DNA of 40,589 bases from a virus, in the IMG/VR virus record IMGVR_UViG_3300020215_000039. One strand, written 5' to 3'. The translations under genes and the position numbers were made by a program. Positions 15,596-25,881 of the stretch are shown piece by piece. Each line of letters starts with the position of its first letter. Position 1 is the first letter of the stretch. Under the pieces are notes generated by a model. It saw only the letters and a list, made by a program, of their open reading frames with translations. It ran no database searches and had not been told where the DNA came from.

Positions 15596-17019
15596 TGAAG
15601 AAATATTTATTACTTCTTTTACTCCTGCCAGTAGTGATAAAAGCAGAGATGACTATTAACAGACCTTATCCAACATTGCAAGAGCAAGATGGAACTCCGT
15701 CGGTTAGGTATCCGCTGATTAAGGTGCCAAACGGTTCTCTAACGGATGGGACCACATTTGCATCTCTTACATTTGGTGGAGGGTCCGGCGATGCAGTGCT
15801 AGCCGCTACTCAAACGTGGACAGGCCAGAATACTTACTTATCAACAGTAACATATAAGTCATCTGCAACATTTGATAGCAGTGTTAATTTTAGCAGCGGT
15901 GTTCTTACGTTTGGAGATGAAGTAACTCTTAAATCAGCGATTGACGGTAGAGCGATATTCTTTTTTAACAGTTTCGGAACACGATTGTTTTACACGCCTT
16001 TTAACTCAATGGGAATAGGAACTAACTCAATAGATTTTTATATAGGCGCAGCCAAGGTTATGACGTTAGGGGAATCGGGGCATTTAGGATTAGGAACGCC
16101 CAATAATGCGAACTTTAATCAAGGGGCGTTGTTTGACGTCAGAGATGGTTCTGTTTCAATCCATGGCTCAGGCTCAGCACTTGAAGTAGGTTATAAATCA
16201 GGAATCGTTTCAAGCTCAGTCTTTATGGTTGAGCCGGCATCTTTTTCTGTCTATGGCGATGGCAATGTTGGCATTGGATTAAGAGGCAACCCACAAGTAA
16301 AGCTGCACGTTGCGGGAACTGGATTTGATGCAGCGGTTGTTATTCAAAATACTATATCAACTCCGACGGCAATGGTTTTTCTTAACCCTTATCAACAATG
16401 GGATCTTGGAACTGACCCAGAATCTTCAGGAACTGGCGGAAGAAGAAACTTTGAATTTGTAAACGAAAGTGAAGATACGGTTGTGATGGTTCTTTCGACA
16501 GGACCAGGAACCGTGAGCATATTAAATCGCAATCCTACGCCTAATTCAATGTTCCAGGTAGGTGGTGGAACTTTAACAGTATTTAGAAGTGGCTATGTTG
16601 GAATTGGTGAGAGTAATCCTGACAACATCTTTGCAAAATTACACGTTGTTGATTCAAACAATGAGACAGCACTAATTTTGATACAAAACACTATTTCTTC
16701 AGGTGCAGCACAATTTGTTTCTGAGAATGGGAGTATTACTTGGGGTGCAGGTATCGTTGATCCTGATTCGGCTGAAAATGCAAACGCAGTAAATAACTAC
16801 ACAATCAGGAATTTTAGTAACGGAACTAACGATGTAATTATTTCCTCTGCAACTGGCTCTGCGTCATTTATAAGCTCCGTCACTGTAAGATCGGGAAACT
16901 TTTACAACTCTACCGCAGATCAAGGAATCATTTTAAAGAGCGCAAACAGCACTTGTTACAAGGTGACCGTCAGTAACGCCGGAGCATTACAGACAGCATC
17001 TGTCACGTGTCCAAATTAG
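15595..17019 (+). CDS. Tail-fibre-like protein with an N-terminal signal peptide
   Basis: 474 aa, TAATG coupling. N-terminus MKKYLLLLLLLPVVIKA|EM. Repeated G-N-V-G-I-G...NP..KLHV motifs (GNVGIGLRGNPQVKLHV, GYVGIGESNPDNIFAKLHV). Confidence 0.7.
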   Translation: MKKYLLLLLLLPVVIKAEMTINRPYPTLQEQDGTPSVRYPLIKVPNGSLTDGTTFASLTFGGGSGDAVLAATQTWTGQNTYLSTVTYKSSATFDSSVNFSSGVLTFGDEVTLKSAIDGRAIFFFNSFGTRLFYTPFNSMGIGTNSIDFYIGAAKVMTLGESGHLGLGTPNNANFNQGALFDVRDGSVSIHGSGSALEVGYKSGIVSSSVFMVEPASFSVYGDGNVGIGLRGNPQVKLHVAGTGFDAAVVIQNTISTPTAMVFLNPYQQWDLGTDPESSGTGGRRNFEFVNESEDTVVMVLSTGPGTVSILNRNPTPNSMFQVGGGTLTVFRSGYVGIGESNPDNIFAKLHVVDSNNETALILIQNTISSGAAQFVSENGSITWGAGIVDPDSAENANAVNNYTIRNFSNGTNDVIISSATGSASFISSVTVRSGNFYNSTADQGIILKSANSTCYKVTVSNAGALQTASVTCPN

Positions 17020-17023
17020 GAGG

Positions 17024-17431
17024 ATGATTAAAATGAAGAAAGTATTATTAGCGTTATCGTTGGTGTTTTTATCCATCGGATTCATTCAGGCAAGATCCGA
17101 AGGTGGAAGATTTGAAATCTGGCGGAGCACAGAAAACGAGGGACCTATCGATCATGTCCCTGTTGCGACTGGCTCAATATACGTTGCACGTATTGTAGTC
17201 ACGTCTGGAACTACTGGATCAATTTTCCAGTTATACAACTCTTCATCAACTGATCCAGGCGTTGACCGTTCAACATCTGCTGAATATAGTGCAGCAACTG
17301 CAATTGTTTACCCTTTTAATAGGGTTTATGAACGTGGCTTGGCTTGGACTATTGACGGTGGCGCAACGATCGAAATTCATTGGGATTGGATTAATAATGC
17401 ACCAGCGGGACAAGAAAATAGAGGACGCTAA
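17024..17431 (+). CDS. Small secreted-type protein
   Basis: 135 aa. The alternative ATG 17033 is better spaced from AGGAGG. N-terminus MKKVLLALSLVFLSIGFIQA|RS. Confidence 0.75.
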   Translation: MIKMKKVLLALSLVFLSIGFIQARSEGGRFEIWRSTENEGPIDHVPVATGSIYVARIVVTSGTTGSIFQLYNSSSTDPGVDRSTSAEYSAATAIVYPFNRVYERGLAWTIDGGATIEIHWDWINNAPAGQENRGR

Positions 17432-18519
17432 TGTTATTTGGAAAGTTCATAGACGAAACCTGCGATCGGATCAAAAAGGATAAAAAAAATCCCGATGATA
17501 GGGAGTTAGCCGCTCGCAAAATCAATAAAGCCTATAAAGAGATACTTAATAACTCGAGTATCAAATGGCCTTATTTGATCAGGACTGGCGAAATCAGAAC
17601 GGTTGCTAACTACACCACAGGGACCGTATCTATTACGAATGGTTCCCGTACAGTTACTGGAGCAGGAACCGTATGGACTTCAGCTATGGAAGGGCGCTAT
17701 TTCCAGCCCCAAGGCTCTAAAAACTGGTATCGCATACGTCGGGTGGAGAATGCAACATCATTAATCCTTTATAGCGCAATCAAAGAAGATAGCGCCTCCA
17801 GTCAAACCCACATCATCTGGAAGCGCTTTTATTATTTCCCGAGTGAAGTTAGAAAGGTTTTAGAATTCGGTAGCTGGATCCAAAATGGAATCATCGAAGA
17901 AAAATCTCTCTACGCCTTGAGAGATCAAAACAAAGACATTAGTCTTACTGGTGAGCCAGAAGAGTTTTCCATGTTCGGAGCAGATCCATTTGAGTCGTCA
18001 TATTCTGAAGGAACCGTAAGCGTTACGGAAGACAATAATTTATTAACCGGCTCAGGCACATCATGGCTTGATAATGTCGAAGAGGGTGACCGTGTAGAGA
18101 TTGGGACAGACATTTACAGAGTCAAAAGGGTTGAGTCAGACACGAGAATCCGTTTATTAAACTCTGCCAACTCGACTGCATCTGGCGCTTCTTACACGAT
18201 TCATAAAGAAAACAATCTCGGGTTCCAGCTTTGGTTTAACCCGAATGATGTATATATCCTTCCTTATACATATTTAAAGCGAGTCTACGACATGGTGAAT
18301 GAGGAGTATGACCGACCGGAAGTACCGGAAGAGTTTGACGCAGCTATTTTAGATCTCGCTGAAGCCGACAGGCTTGCCGATATGGATGATTCAAAATGGA
18401 TCAACAAACAGGCTTTAGCGACAGCCAGAATCAGCGATTTACGGAGGATGCTAGTGTCTACTCCAAGAAAACGACAATTCAAGCCGTACATCGAAAATAA
18501 CAGGGGGTCATACCTATAA
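17431..18519 (+). CDS. Virion-module protein, function unknown (362 aa)
   Basis: TAATG coupling. Lies in the late block. Confidence 0.75.
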   Translation: MLFGKFIDETCDRIKKDKKNPDDRELAARKINKAYKEILNNSSIKWPYLIRTGEIRTVANYTTGTVSITNGSRTVTGAGTVWTSAMEGRYFQPQGSKNWYRIRRVENATSLILYSAIKEDSASSQTHIIWKRFYYFPSEVRKVLEFGSWIQNGIIEEKSLYALRDQNKDISLTGEPEEFSMFGADPFESSYSEGTVSVTEDNNLLTGSGTSWLDNVEEGDRVEIGTDIYRVKRVESDTRIRLLNSANSTASGASYTIHKENNLGFQLWFNPNDVYILPYTYLKRVYDMVNEEYDRPEVPEEFDAAILDLAEADRLADMDDSKWINKQALATARISDLRRMLVSTPRKRQFKPYIENNRGSYL

Positions 18520-19700
18520 TGGCTCTTACAGTTCAGCAAATTCAACAAGGTTTAGAACCAAATGTATTGGCGCATCAGCTTGGGATCACGTCCCAAGAAC
18601 TGATTGCTTATATCCAAAAAAATAACAAACTCCCAGACGAAGCTGTTAAAGTTATGGGACAATCTACCGTTAATGCACTAAATAATTCATTTAAACGTTT
18701 GAACCAAGGATTTACTGGAAACCCTAATCCTTTGGCAAATCTAGAAGTGCCAGAGGCGCAAAAAAACCCGCAGGCTTATTTAAAGAAGCAAATACAGCTT
18801 CTAGGTGAAGATAATTCAAGACTAACTGCTGATGAGTTAAAGCAAAAAATTGAACTTCTCACATTGCTTAGCAAGGAAACACGTGGAGATTTTACGGGTG
18901 GAACTGTAACTCAAAAAGTTGACCAAAGTGGTGGATATTTAGAACCGTTTAATCTTCAAAATTACCAGATCGTGTCCCCTATCGACACATCATCTGAAAT
19001 TAAATCCATTCAAGACCTTTTAAGTTCAAGAGAGACAAAATTAAAGCGAGAAGGGCAGCTTGAACAATTTCAATCCGGCTTGCAGGACGAGCTTGCAAGA
19101 GGCCGCACTGATTTCATTCGCGGTGAAGAAGATTATGCCAGATATGTTTATGAAAATGAATTAAAACCGCGTATTGAGGAAAACTTAAACGTCCGTGGGC
19201 TTCTTTATAGCGGAGATTTAGCTACAGAGCTTGCTCGTACAGGATCAGGATTGCAAGCAGATATTGAGCAACAGGCTCTTGCATTGCAGCAGGAAGACGA
19301 TGCTTTCTTTCAAGATATTGCCTATCAAAATACCTTCCGCAAAGAAATAGAAGCCGGGAACGACGTTAGCTCCCAGCTCGATTTTGCACGAAATCAAACA
19401 CGCACTAATCAACAGCAGAATTTCCTAAGAACGCAAAATGACTTGAGACGACGTTATCAAGAGCAGTCGTACCAAAAAGACTTGGACCGTCAATTAAGAG
19501 TTCAAGAGGCAAATTTAAAGAGACAGCAGGATTTAGCAAGAAAGAATCAGCAATCAGGCCTGATTAGCAGTATTGGATCTACAGCCGGAATGATTGGTGG
19601 TGCATTAATAGGAGCTAAATTAAGCAATCCGGTTGTTGGTGCTCAAATTGGTAGTCAGCTTGGTGGAACTGCTGGTTTAATGACTGGAGGTAACCAATAA
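18519..19700 (+). CDS. Q-rich virion-module protein with a Gly-rich hydrophobic C-terminus (internal or ejection protein candidate)
   Basis: 393 aa, TAATG coupling. C-terminus GLISSIGSTAGMIGGALIGAKL...GGTAGLMTGG. Confidence 0.7.
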   Translation: MALTVQQIQQGLEPNVLAHQLGITSQELIAYIQKNNKLPDEAVKVMGQSTVNALNNSFKRLNQGFTGNPNPLANLEVPEAQKNPQAYLKKQIQLLGEDNSRLTADELKQKIELLTLLSKETRGDFTGGTVTQKVDQSGGYLEPFNLQNYQIVSPIDTSSEIKSIQDLLSSRETKLKREGQLEQFQSGLQDELARGRTDFIRGEEDYARYVYENELKPRIEENLNVRGLLYSGDLATELARTGSGLQADIEQQALALQQEDDAFFQDIAYQNTFRKEIEAGNDVSSQLDFARNQTRTNQQQNFLRTQNDLRRRYQEQSYQKDLDRQLRVQEANLKRQQDLARKNQQSGLISSIGSTAGMIGGALIGAKLSNPVVGAQIGSQLGGTAGLMTGGNQ

Positions 19701-20362
19701 TGCCTATAAATTTACAGGATGAATTGTTGAGAAAAGAACAGGCGACTGATGCCTATTTAAAAGGGCTGAAAGGATACGAAACAAATCGTCAGAATGTGGC
19801 GAGACAAACACTCGCAGGATCAAGGCAGCCATTTCTTAAAAGTTTAGGTATCGACCAGAGAGCGATTCCACGTATTACTGGAAAGCTCAATTCTGAGGCG
19901 GCCCGCACATTGTCTAGACGATCCCTTGGATCTAATCGTGACCGCCTCAACGTTATGTATCAAACAGCCTTAAAGAGAGCGGAGATGGCCGGAGCAAGCC
20001 AACAGGAGGCTGATGCTTATGCTCGCCAACTAGTCATGGATGAGATGGATCGCTCTTTTCAGGCAGGTGAACAAGCCGCTGATATTGAGTCAAGCAGACG
20101 AAGAGAATTAGTATCGGATGACTACGCAAACCGGGGAATAGCTCTACAAAATCAATATATGCCAGATGTGAATTATGAAGGCGCACTTTATAGGTCGTTA
20201 TTCGGTTTAGCTGGAACAGCTGGGACTGCCTACGCATTAAATAAATCTAAACCAGGAATAAAATCAAATTTTGCTGGTACAGGGAATGTATCGCGATACA
20301 ATGCAATTTACGATGATCCTTTTACAAAAAGCAGTACTTTAAGTTTTGCAGGAGGCAGATAA
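19700..20362 (+). CDS. Virion-module protein (220 aa)
   Basis: TAATG coupling. Confidence 0.75.
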   Translation: MPINLQDELLRKEQATDAYLKGLKGYETNRQNVARQTLAGSRQPFLKSLGIDQRAIPRITGKLNSEAARTLSRRSLGSNRDRLNVMYQTALKRAEMAGASQQEADAYARQLVMDEMDRSFQAGEQAADIESSRRRELVSDDYANRGIALQNQYMPDVNYEGALYRSLFGLAGTAGTAYALNKSKPGIKSNFAGTGNVSRYNAIYDDPFTKSSTLSFAGGR

Positions 20363-21292
20363 ATGAGCGCAACAGACAATATACTCGCAGGGATTGCAGG
20401 GTTTGGAGAAGGGATCAGAGATGTTTTAGTTCCGTACACAATGGAAAATTTAAAAGAGCAGAGAGAAGAAAGGTTGTTGAGGAAAAAAGCCTTGCATGAT
20501 ATTGAAGGCTACAAAATGCTTTTGCCGTACAAGCAAGCGGAGGAAAAATATAAAGCTAATTTAAACTTTGACACTCAAAATAAGTTAAAAGAAGCTGAAT
20601 TTGATAGAGAACAAAACGCTATGGTTGATGTTCTTGATGTAGGAACAGGTAAGAAGCTTGGGACTGCAAAGAGGGGTTCAATTAAAACAGGTGTTGATTT
20701 TGAAGATAAATCATCGCAAGCGGAAAAGGAAATTCTAATAAAAAACCTTACAACTCAATTACCTGATTTGAAGCAAAATGCAATGCGCAATAAGACTAAT
20801 CTTCAGGCAATTAAAAAAGCTAAAGGCTTACTGGAAAAGGGTGTGTCTGGCAAACTTGGACAAGTGAAATCGTTCTTGGCTTCTTACGCTGATTTCGCAG
20901 GCGAAAATGTAGACAGTTTGTCAGAAGCTCAAACTTATCAATTATTAACAAGAGTTATTACAGGACCAATGAGGTTAGAAATTATCGGCCCCGGTCCAGT
21001 GTCTGAGTACGAGCAGAAGCTAATGCAAGCAATTTCCGGCGGCGGAGGAGCGGCGAAAGGGTCTGCGAAAGAATTGCTCAATTTTTATGAAAAGAAAGCG
21101 AAGGACAATGTTTCTAACTACAATTCGACATTGGATGGGGCTAAGAAATTAAGCCCATATTTCGAACAAGTATATTCAAGCGTCGATCTTTCAGACTTGG
21201 AAGAGAAAGATGTAATTGACAATGGTAATCAAGCTCAACCAAAGGAACATTCAAAAAGAAAGCCATTAAGTGCGTTCTGGAGCAAGAGGTAA
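20363..21292 (+). CDS. Virion-module protein (309 aa)
   Basis: Starts 1 nt after the upstream stop. Confidence 0.75.
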   Translation: MSATDNILAGIAGFGEGIRDVLVPYTMENLKEQREERLLRKKALHDIEGYKMLLPYKQAEEKYKANLNFDTQNKLKEAEFDREQNAMVDVLDVGTGKKLGTAKRGSIKTGVDFEDKSSQAEKEILIKNLTTQLPDLKQNAMRNKTNLQAIKKAKGLLEKGVSGKLGQVKSFLASYADFAGENVDSLSEAQTYQLLTRVITGPMRLEIIGPGPVSEYEQKLMQAISGGGGAAKGSAKELLNFYEKKAKDNVSNYNSTLDGAKKLSPYFEQVYSSVDLSDLEEKDVIDNGNQAQPKEHSKRKPLSAFWSKR

Positions 21293-21294
21293 AT

Positions 21295-22809
21295 ATGGCA
21301 TTCGATATTAAGGCCGCGAGATCAGAAGGCTATTCCGATGAGGAAATCGCCTCCTTTTTAGAACAAACTGCCCCTACTTTTAACGTCCGTGCGGCAATGT
21401 CGGAGGGTTATTCATTGGACGACATTTCTGCGGAAATATCGTCTCCCCAAAAGCCGCAAAGCATTGCAGGAAAAACTTTATCTGTTGTAAAAACAGGTAT
21501 TGAAAAACCATTGGGTATACCAATTGCAAATATAGCAAAATCGGCTTACCGAAATATAGTTCAACCATTTGGTGCAGAGGGCGGGATGTCCGAAATGGTT
21601 AAGCCAGGCAATGTTCAAGAAACCTATTATGACTTGATGCCAGAGCAGGAAAGGATGGCCGATACGGTCACTGGCGCAGCATTTGAATCGATCCCGAACC
21701 TGCCAGTCAATTCAACAGCCAAGGAAGCTCTTAAGCTGCCGCTCCTATCTGGAATTTATCCACCAAAACCGTCAGTCATTGCGATGAGTAATCTTCCACA
21801 ACTAATAAAACCACAAGGCTCAATTGCTCCGAAAAATATTACACGCTATGCGACTTCAAAAATAACTGGAATACCAGAAGAGACTATGGTTGCATGGGAA
21901 AAAAATCCGCAATTACTTGAATCTAAAACACTTGAAGCAATTGCGGCAAATCGTATTCCAGAGATATCTAGCAAATTCGAAAACATCAGAACTGGATTGG
22001 CAGCAAAAGCAAAAGAGGCATTATCAACATCTCAATATTTGGAAGAAGGTGCGATTCCAAAGACGAAAATTCTCGATTCAGTCAAAAATGTTAGGAAGGA
22101 TTTGGGTGGTGTCTATACGAGTGAATCTAAGCAGGCAGCAAAAACTTTAAAAAACATAGAAGAGAATTTTAAAAAATTGAGGAATACCGTCAGTCAGAAC
22201 AATCTGCATGAATTGATGCAACAGCTGGATAACGAAATACCGTGGGACAAGGTGTGGAAAAGCCCAGAAACGCTCACGCCTACAGATAATTCCTTGATTG
22301 CTCTACGAACAAGGTTTGATTCTTTCCTAAAAGATTCAAATAAGGAATATAAGCAAATAATGAAGCCCCTGTCAGAGGCTATACAGACAAGAAATGAATT
22401 TTTTAAGAAGTTTAATGTCGAGCGTGTAAAGGAAGTTGGAGAAAAAGGCACAAAGACAGTCTTTATGCCGGGCGACTTTACCGTTTCTCGCCTTAAAAAT
22501 GTAGCTAAGGAATCAAAATTTGGAACAGAGAGGGTTATTCAAAACATTAAGAAGGCGACTGGTGAGGACTTGTCGCCAGAAGTGCAAAATGCCCTATGGC
22601 GACAGGAAATAGAAGAAGCGACAATGAAGGTTCCCTGGACAGATATTAAATTTAACAGCAAAGACATTGCGGAAAAGGTAGTAAATCTGTTGCGTGATAA
22701 AAAACAATCAAAGAAACCATTAAAAGTTATAGAGCCGAGGAATAAACCTCCAACAAAAACATTAACGCCAGACAAAATAATTGACTTACTGCGGGTTGCA
22801 CAATTCTAA
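21295..22809 (+). CDS. Virion-module protein (504 aa) with a duplicated N-terminal EGYS-D-(E/D)I motif
   Basis: Motifs ARSEGYSDEEIASF and AMSEGYSLDDISAE. Confidence 0.75.
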   Translation: MAFDIKAARSEGYSDEEIASFLEQTAPTFNVRAAMSEGYSLDDISAEISSPQKPQSIAGKTLSVVKTGIEKPLGIPIANIAKSAYRNIVQPFGAEGGMSEMVKPGNVQETYYDLMPEQERMADTVTGAAFESIPNLPVNSTAKEALKLPLLSGIYPPKPSVIAMSNLPQLIKPQGSIAPKNITRYATSKITGIPEETMVAWEKNPQLLESKTLEAIAANRIPEISSKFENIRTGLAAKAKEALSTSQYLEEGAIPKTKILDSVKNVRKDLGGVYTSESKQAAKTLKNIEENFKKLRNTVSQNNLHELMQQLDNEIPWDKVWKSPETLTPTDNSLIALRTRFDSFLKDSNKEYKQIMKPLSEAIQTRNEFFKKFNVERVKEVGEKGTKTVFMPGDFTVSRLKNVAKESKFGTERVIQNIKKATGEDLSPEVQNALWRQEIEEATMKVPWTDIKFNSKDIAEKVVNLLRDKKQSKKPLKVIEPRNKPPTKTLTPDKIIDLLRVAQF

Positions 22810-25800
22810 TGAATAAATTGATTCTGGCATCATTGTTTGCGCTCGGTTTGTTTGTTAATGGATACTCTGAACCGCTCCCATCCGGCCAAATCGGATTCGG
22901 TGGAGGGTTAAACCTTCAATCCGACATCACTAACATCAAAGATGAGCAGTCACCAGATATGTGCAACTGTATTGCTAACCTTGACGGGTCTATGGGGAAA
23001 CGTGGTGGAAGTGAAAGGTATATCGATCAGGCCGTTTCATCGCAGCCTTTCACGGCTCTTTACAGGGCCTATGCTTCAACAGGTACGACTGACGTTAAAC
23101 GTTTAATCGGTATCGTTGGCGATAAGATTGTTTACAGTACGGGTGATACGAATCCAGTTTGGATTCAGGCATCGAGCAACACTATTCGCGCCGGTCAAAG
23201 CTGGGATTTTACCACTATGAGCAATCACGTCATCTTCACGGGTGACGGATTAGTCGATCCTATATACAAGTTCAATCTTTTTACATCGTCCCTCTCTACC
23301 TTAACCGATAACGACGTTTCGACAGAAGGTGTGACTTTGAGAGCAAAGTATGTGGAGCAGAAAAGCAATTATCTTCTGTTAATCAATGTCGCAGAGATCA
23401 CAGACGGGACGACTTTCTATCCGAGCAGAATATATTACTCTCTATTGAACTCGCCAAGAGACGCAAGCGTAACCACAAACCTTCCTATATCGAGTTTTTC
23501 ATGGAACCGCTATATTGACGTTAAAACAAATGACGGTGAAGAACTAACCGGCGCTGGCGTTTTAAACGATGAAGTAACGCTTTTTAAACCTTCCTCTATT
23601 CACAGCCTTTCTTATTCCGTTTTAAGCCCAGGGACAGGAGATCAGGCATTAAGAGAGTTAACCAACGGATTCGGTCTCAAAGCGCCTCGCAGTCTGCAAA
23701 ATATAGGCAATTACTACATCATGGCCGCACAAGACGCAATCAGGCTGTATGACGGTGGTCGACGATCACGGCTTACGGTTGGCGAGGAAAACAGGACGAT
23801 ATCGGACGATATCAAACCATTAATCGACAAGCTCATTAAAGCCGGAACCTATCAAAACATCATCGGAAAATATTACAAAAAGAAAGAGTATTACTTGATG
23901 GCGTACGAACACCCAGAGCGGTTCCCAAAAGGTCGCCCGAATTCAGTCATGATCTATGACATCAGAAAAGGGCAGTGGTTCCCTGTTTGCGGATGGCTCG
24001 TTAATTCTTGGGAAACGTTTGACGGCAAGGGCGATAATGGGCAGCTAGTCTATGGCGACTTAGGTATTGTTCATAAAGCAGATTTAGAGGAACAGATTGA
24101 TGATTCTGGCAAATTCTTTGTCATCGATACGATGGATTCTCTTGCTTCATGGAATGGGGTAAGGGTGAATCGCGATACAACAAACATCATCGAAGGCACT
24201 GCATCTTTGAGAATGTGGATTGCGCCAAGTGTATTGGAATCATCAATGAGCCTAAACAGAATGATGATATTAGGTGAGTGGTATGATCGTACAAAAATTA
24301 CCAAAGACGACAAGATTCAATTCAAAATCTATACAACCAGCATTGGAAACATTACAAGCCTACGGGTGGATCTAGAGGTTGACGACGTTACTTCCTTCGA
24401 CACAAATTTCACATCTGTAACGCTCTCTAGTGCGTCACTCAACGCCGCAAACACTACCTGGACCACAGTGGAAATCGCGCTTTCTTCTTTCCCGACGCGG
24501 CCAGATTGGACTGACTTTGACAGTGAGGAAATTCCTTTCGCTAATACGCTTTCATACTACGGGCTGAGATTCGTTTTAAACGGTATCAATATATCCTCTA
24601 TGTCGATTGATGATGTTCGCATCGTTCAAGCGCATGATAGAAACCCTGTTAATTTCTACCGATACACAAAACTATTTGATTTTAGCCGTCCAGAGATCAA
24701 AAAGTTTGGTCAGATTCTTTTGACCTATGAAAAGTCGCCGGATGCTATTTTAAGCATGGACGTATATAACGATTTTGGAAGACAAATAACCACTGAAAAA
24801 TTTGAACGCGAAATACCCCGTGAACTAGTTGTTTTGGGGTTAGTTTCTACCGCAAGCATCGCAATCGTGGATGATGTGGATTACAGTATTATTCAAAGCA
24901 CGATATTTGCTGAATCGAGTTATCTTCCGTTAAACGCCGTGGCAAACAAAGACTTCATTTTCTTTCCAGACAGAACTAATAACCGTTACGTGAAAATGGA
25001 TCGAGCGCCATTTGGTGTAATTTTGACAACTTTTGGCAGTATTGGATCGGGAACTACGAATTTTAATATCGCTCATCAATCAGATATCGATGAAAAGAAC
25101 AACATTTATATCATTGATATCGATAATCAAAGAGTTAAGGTTCATAAACAATCAGATTTAAGCTTTGTAAAGGCCGTCGGTGGCTTATCTAGAGCAAACA
25201 CAGGATATCATCAACCAACAGGTATTACTTGCGATGAAAGTAATTGTTATGTCGCAGACGAAGGGAATTATCGTTGGTTGAAGCTCTCTATAAGCACGCT
25301 TGGAGCAACATTAGTCAAGGATGTTGACTATAACACCATAGGAGATACATCGCTTGATCAGGACGATTCCTATGTTTACGGAGCCTATAACAAAACATCC
25401 GAGGATTCCATTAACCATCAAGACGTTGTATTGGAAAAGCGCAACAAAGGTGACCTTGAACTTGTTAATAGGGTTAGAATTACACCAAAAGATTCTGTTG
25501 CGTTAAGCACATACGCACTTCAGGGGGACATTGCCTTAAGAGGACGATATATTTTCGTCTCTTTCACGGATAATGCCCTTGCAAACAATCCGACATACTA
25601 CATTCAAAAGCGCTTAAAGTCTGATTTTTCTATTGTGAATGAATTTGTTTCTACAACAGAATTATTTTCTGTTATCGGCGATCCGTTTGCCCACAAACCA
25701 ATGATCAAAAGCCAGAAAAAGGATTTAAAAGTGGAAGGACAGTATCTTCAAATTAGGTTTTACGATACTGGACTTGATAATTACTTACGTTTGGTCAATC

Positions 25801-25838
25801 AAACGTACTTAATGAATTTAGAAACACTGAAGTATTAA
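22809..25838 (+). CDS. Large tail protein with signal peptide and C-terminal NHL-type repeats
   Basis: 1009 aa, TAATG coupling. N-terminus MNKLILASLFALGLFVNGYS|EP. NHL-like strings NNIYIIDIDNQRVKVH and NCYVADEGNYRWLKL. Confidence 0.75.
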   Translation: MNKLILASLFALGLFVNGYSEPLPSGQIGFGGGLNLQSDITNIKDEQSPDMCNCIANLDGSMGKRGGSERYIDQAVSSQPFTALYRAYASTGTTDVKRLIGIVGDKIVYSTGDTNPVWIQASSNTIRAGQSWDFTTMSNHVIFTGDGLVDPIYKFNLFTSSLSTLTDNDVSTEGVTLRAKYVEQKSNYLLLINVAEITDGTTFYPSRIYYSLLNSPRDASVTTNLPISSFSWNRYIDVKTNDGEELTGAGVLNDEVTLFKPSSIHSLSYSVLSPGTGDQALRELTNGFGLKAPRSLQNIGNYYIMAAQDAIRLYDGGRRSRLTVGEENRTISDDIKPLIDKLIKAGTYQNIIGKYYKKKEYYLMAYEHPERFPKGRPNSVMIYDIRKGQWFPVCGWLVNSWETFDGKGDNGQLVYGDLGIVHKADLEEQIDDSGKFFVIDTMDSLASWNGVRVNRDTTNIIEGTASLRMWIAPSVLESSMSLNRMMILGEWYDRTKITKDDKIQFKIYTTSIGNITSLRVDLEVDDVTSFDTNFTSVTLSSASLNAANTTWTTVEIALSSFPTRPDWTDFDSEEIPFANTLSYYGLRFVLNGINISSMSIDDVRIVQAHDRNPVNFYRYTKLFDFSRPEIKKFGQILLTYEKSPDAILSMDVYNDFGRQITTEKFEREIPRELVVLGLVSTASIAIVDDVDYSIIQSTIFAESSYLPLNAVANKDFIFFPDRTNNRYVKMDRAPFGVILTTFGSIGSGTTNFNIAHQSDIDEKNNIYIIDIDNQRVKVHKQSDLSFVKAVGGLSRANTGYHQPTGITCDESNCYVADEGNYRWLKLSISTLGATLVKDVDYNTIGDTSLDQDDSYVYGAYNKTSEDSINHQDVVLEKRNKGDLELVNRVRITPKDSVALSTYALQGDIALRGRYIFVSFTDNALANNPTYYIQKRLKSDFSIVNEFVSTTELFSVIGDPFAHKPMIKSQKKDLKVEGQYLQIRFYDTGLDNYLRLVNQTYLMNLETLKY

Positions 25839-25842
25839 ACAT

Positions 25843-25858
25843 TTCTCCCGAGGGAGAA
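25843..25858 (+). terminator. Short hairpin after the 1009-aa gene (weak terminator candidate)
   Basis: ttctccc-ga-gggagaa followed by tatttta. Confidence 0.25.
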
Positions 25859-25881
25859 TATTTTAAAAGGAGAGTGATATT

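Noticed and set aside
18519-25838. Tape-measure protein, or a tail tube/sheath module with a chaperone frameshift
   Set aside because: No ORF has the long alpha-helical, Gly/Trp-periodic tape-measure character or the preceding slippery-site pair. The 1009-aa ORF has a signal peptide and NHL repeats instead. The podovirus-like inference follows from this but is unverified.
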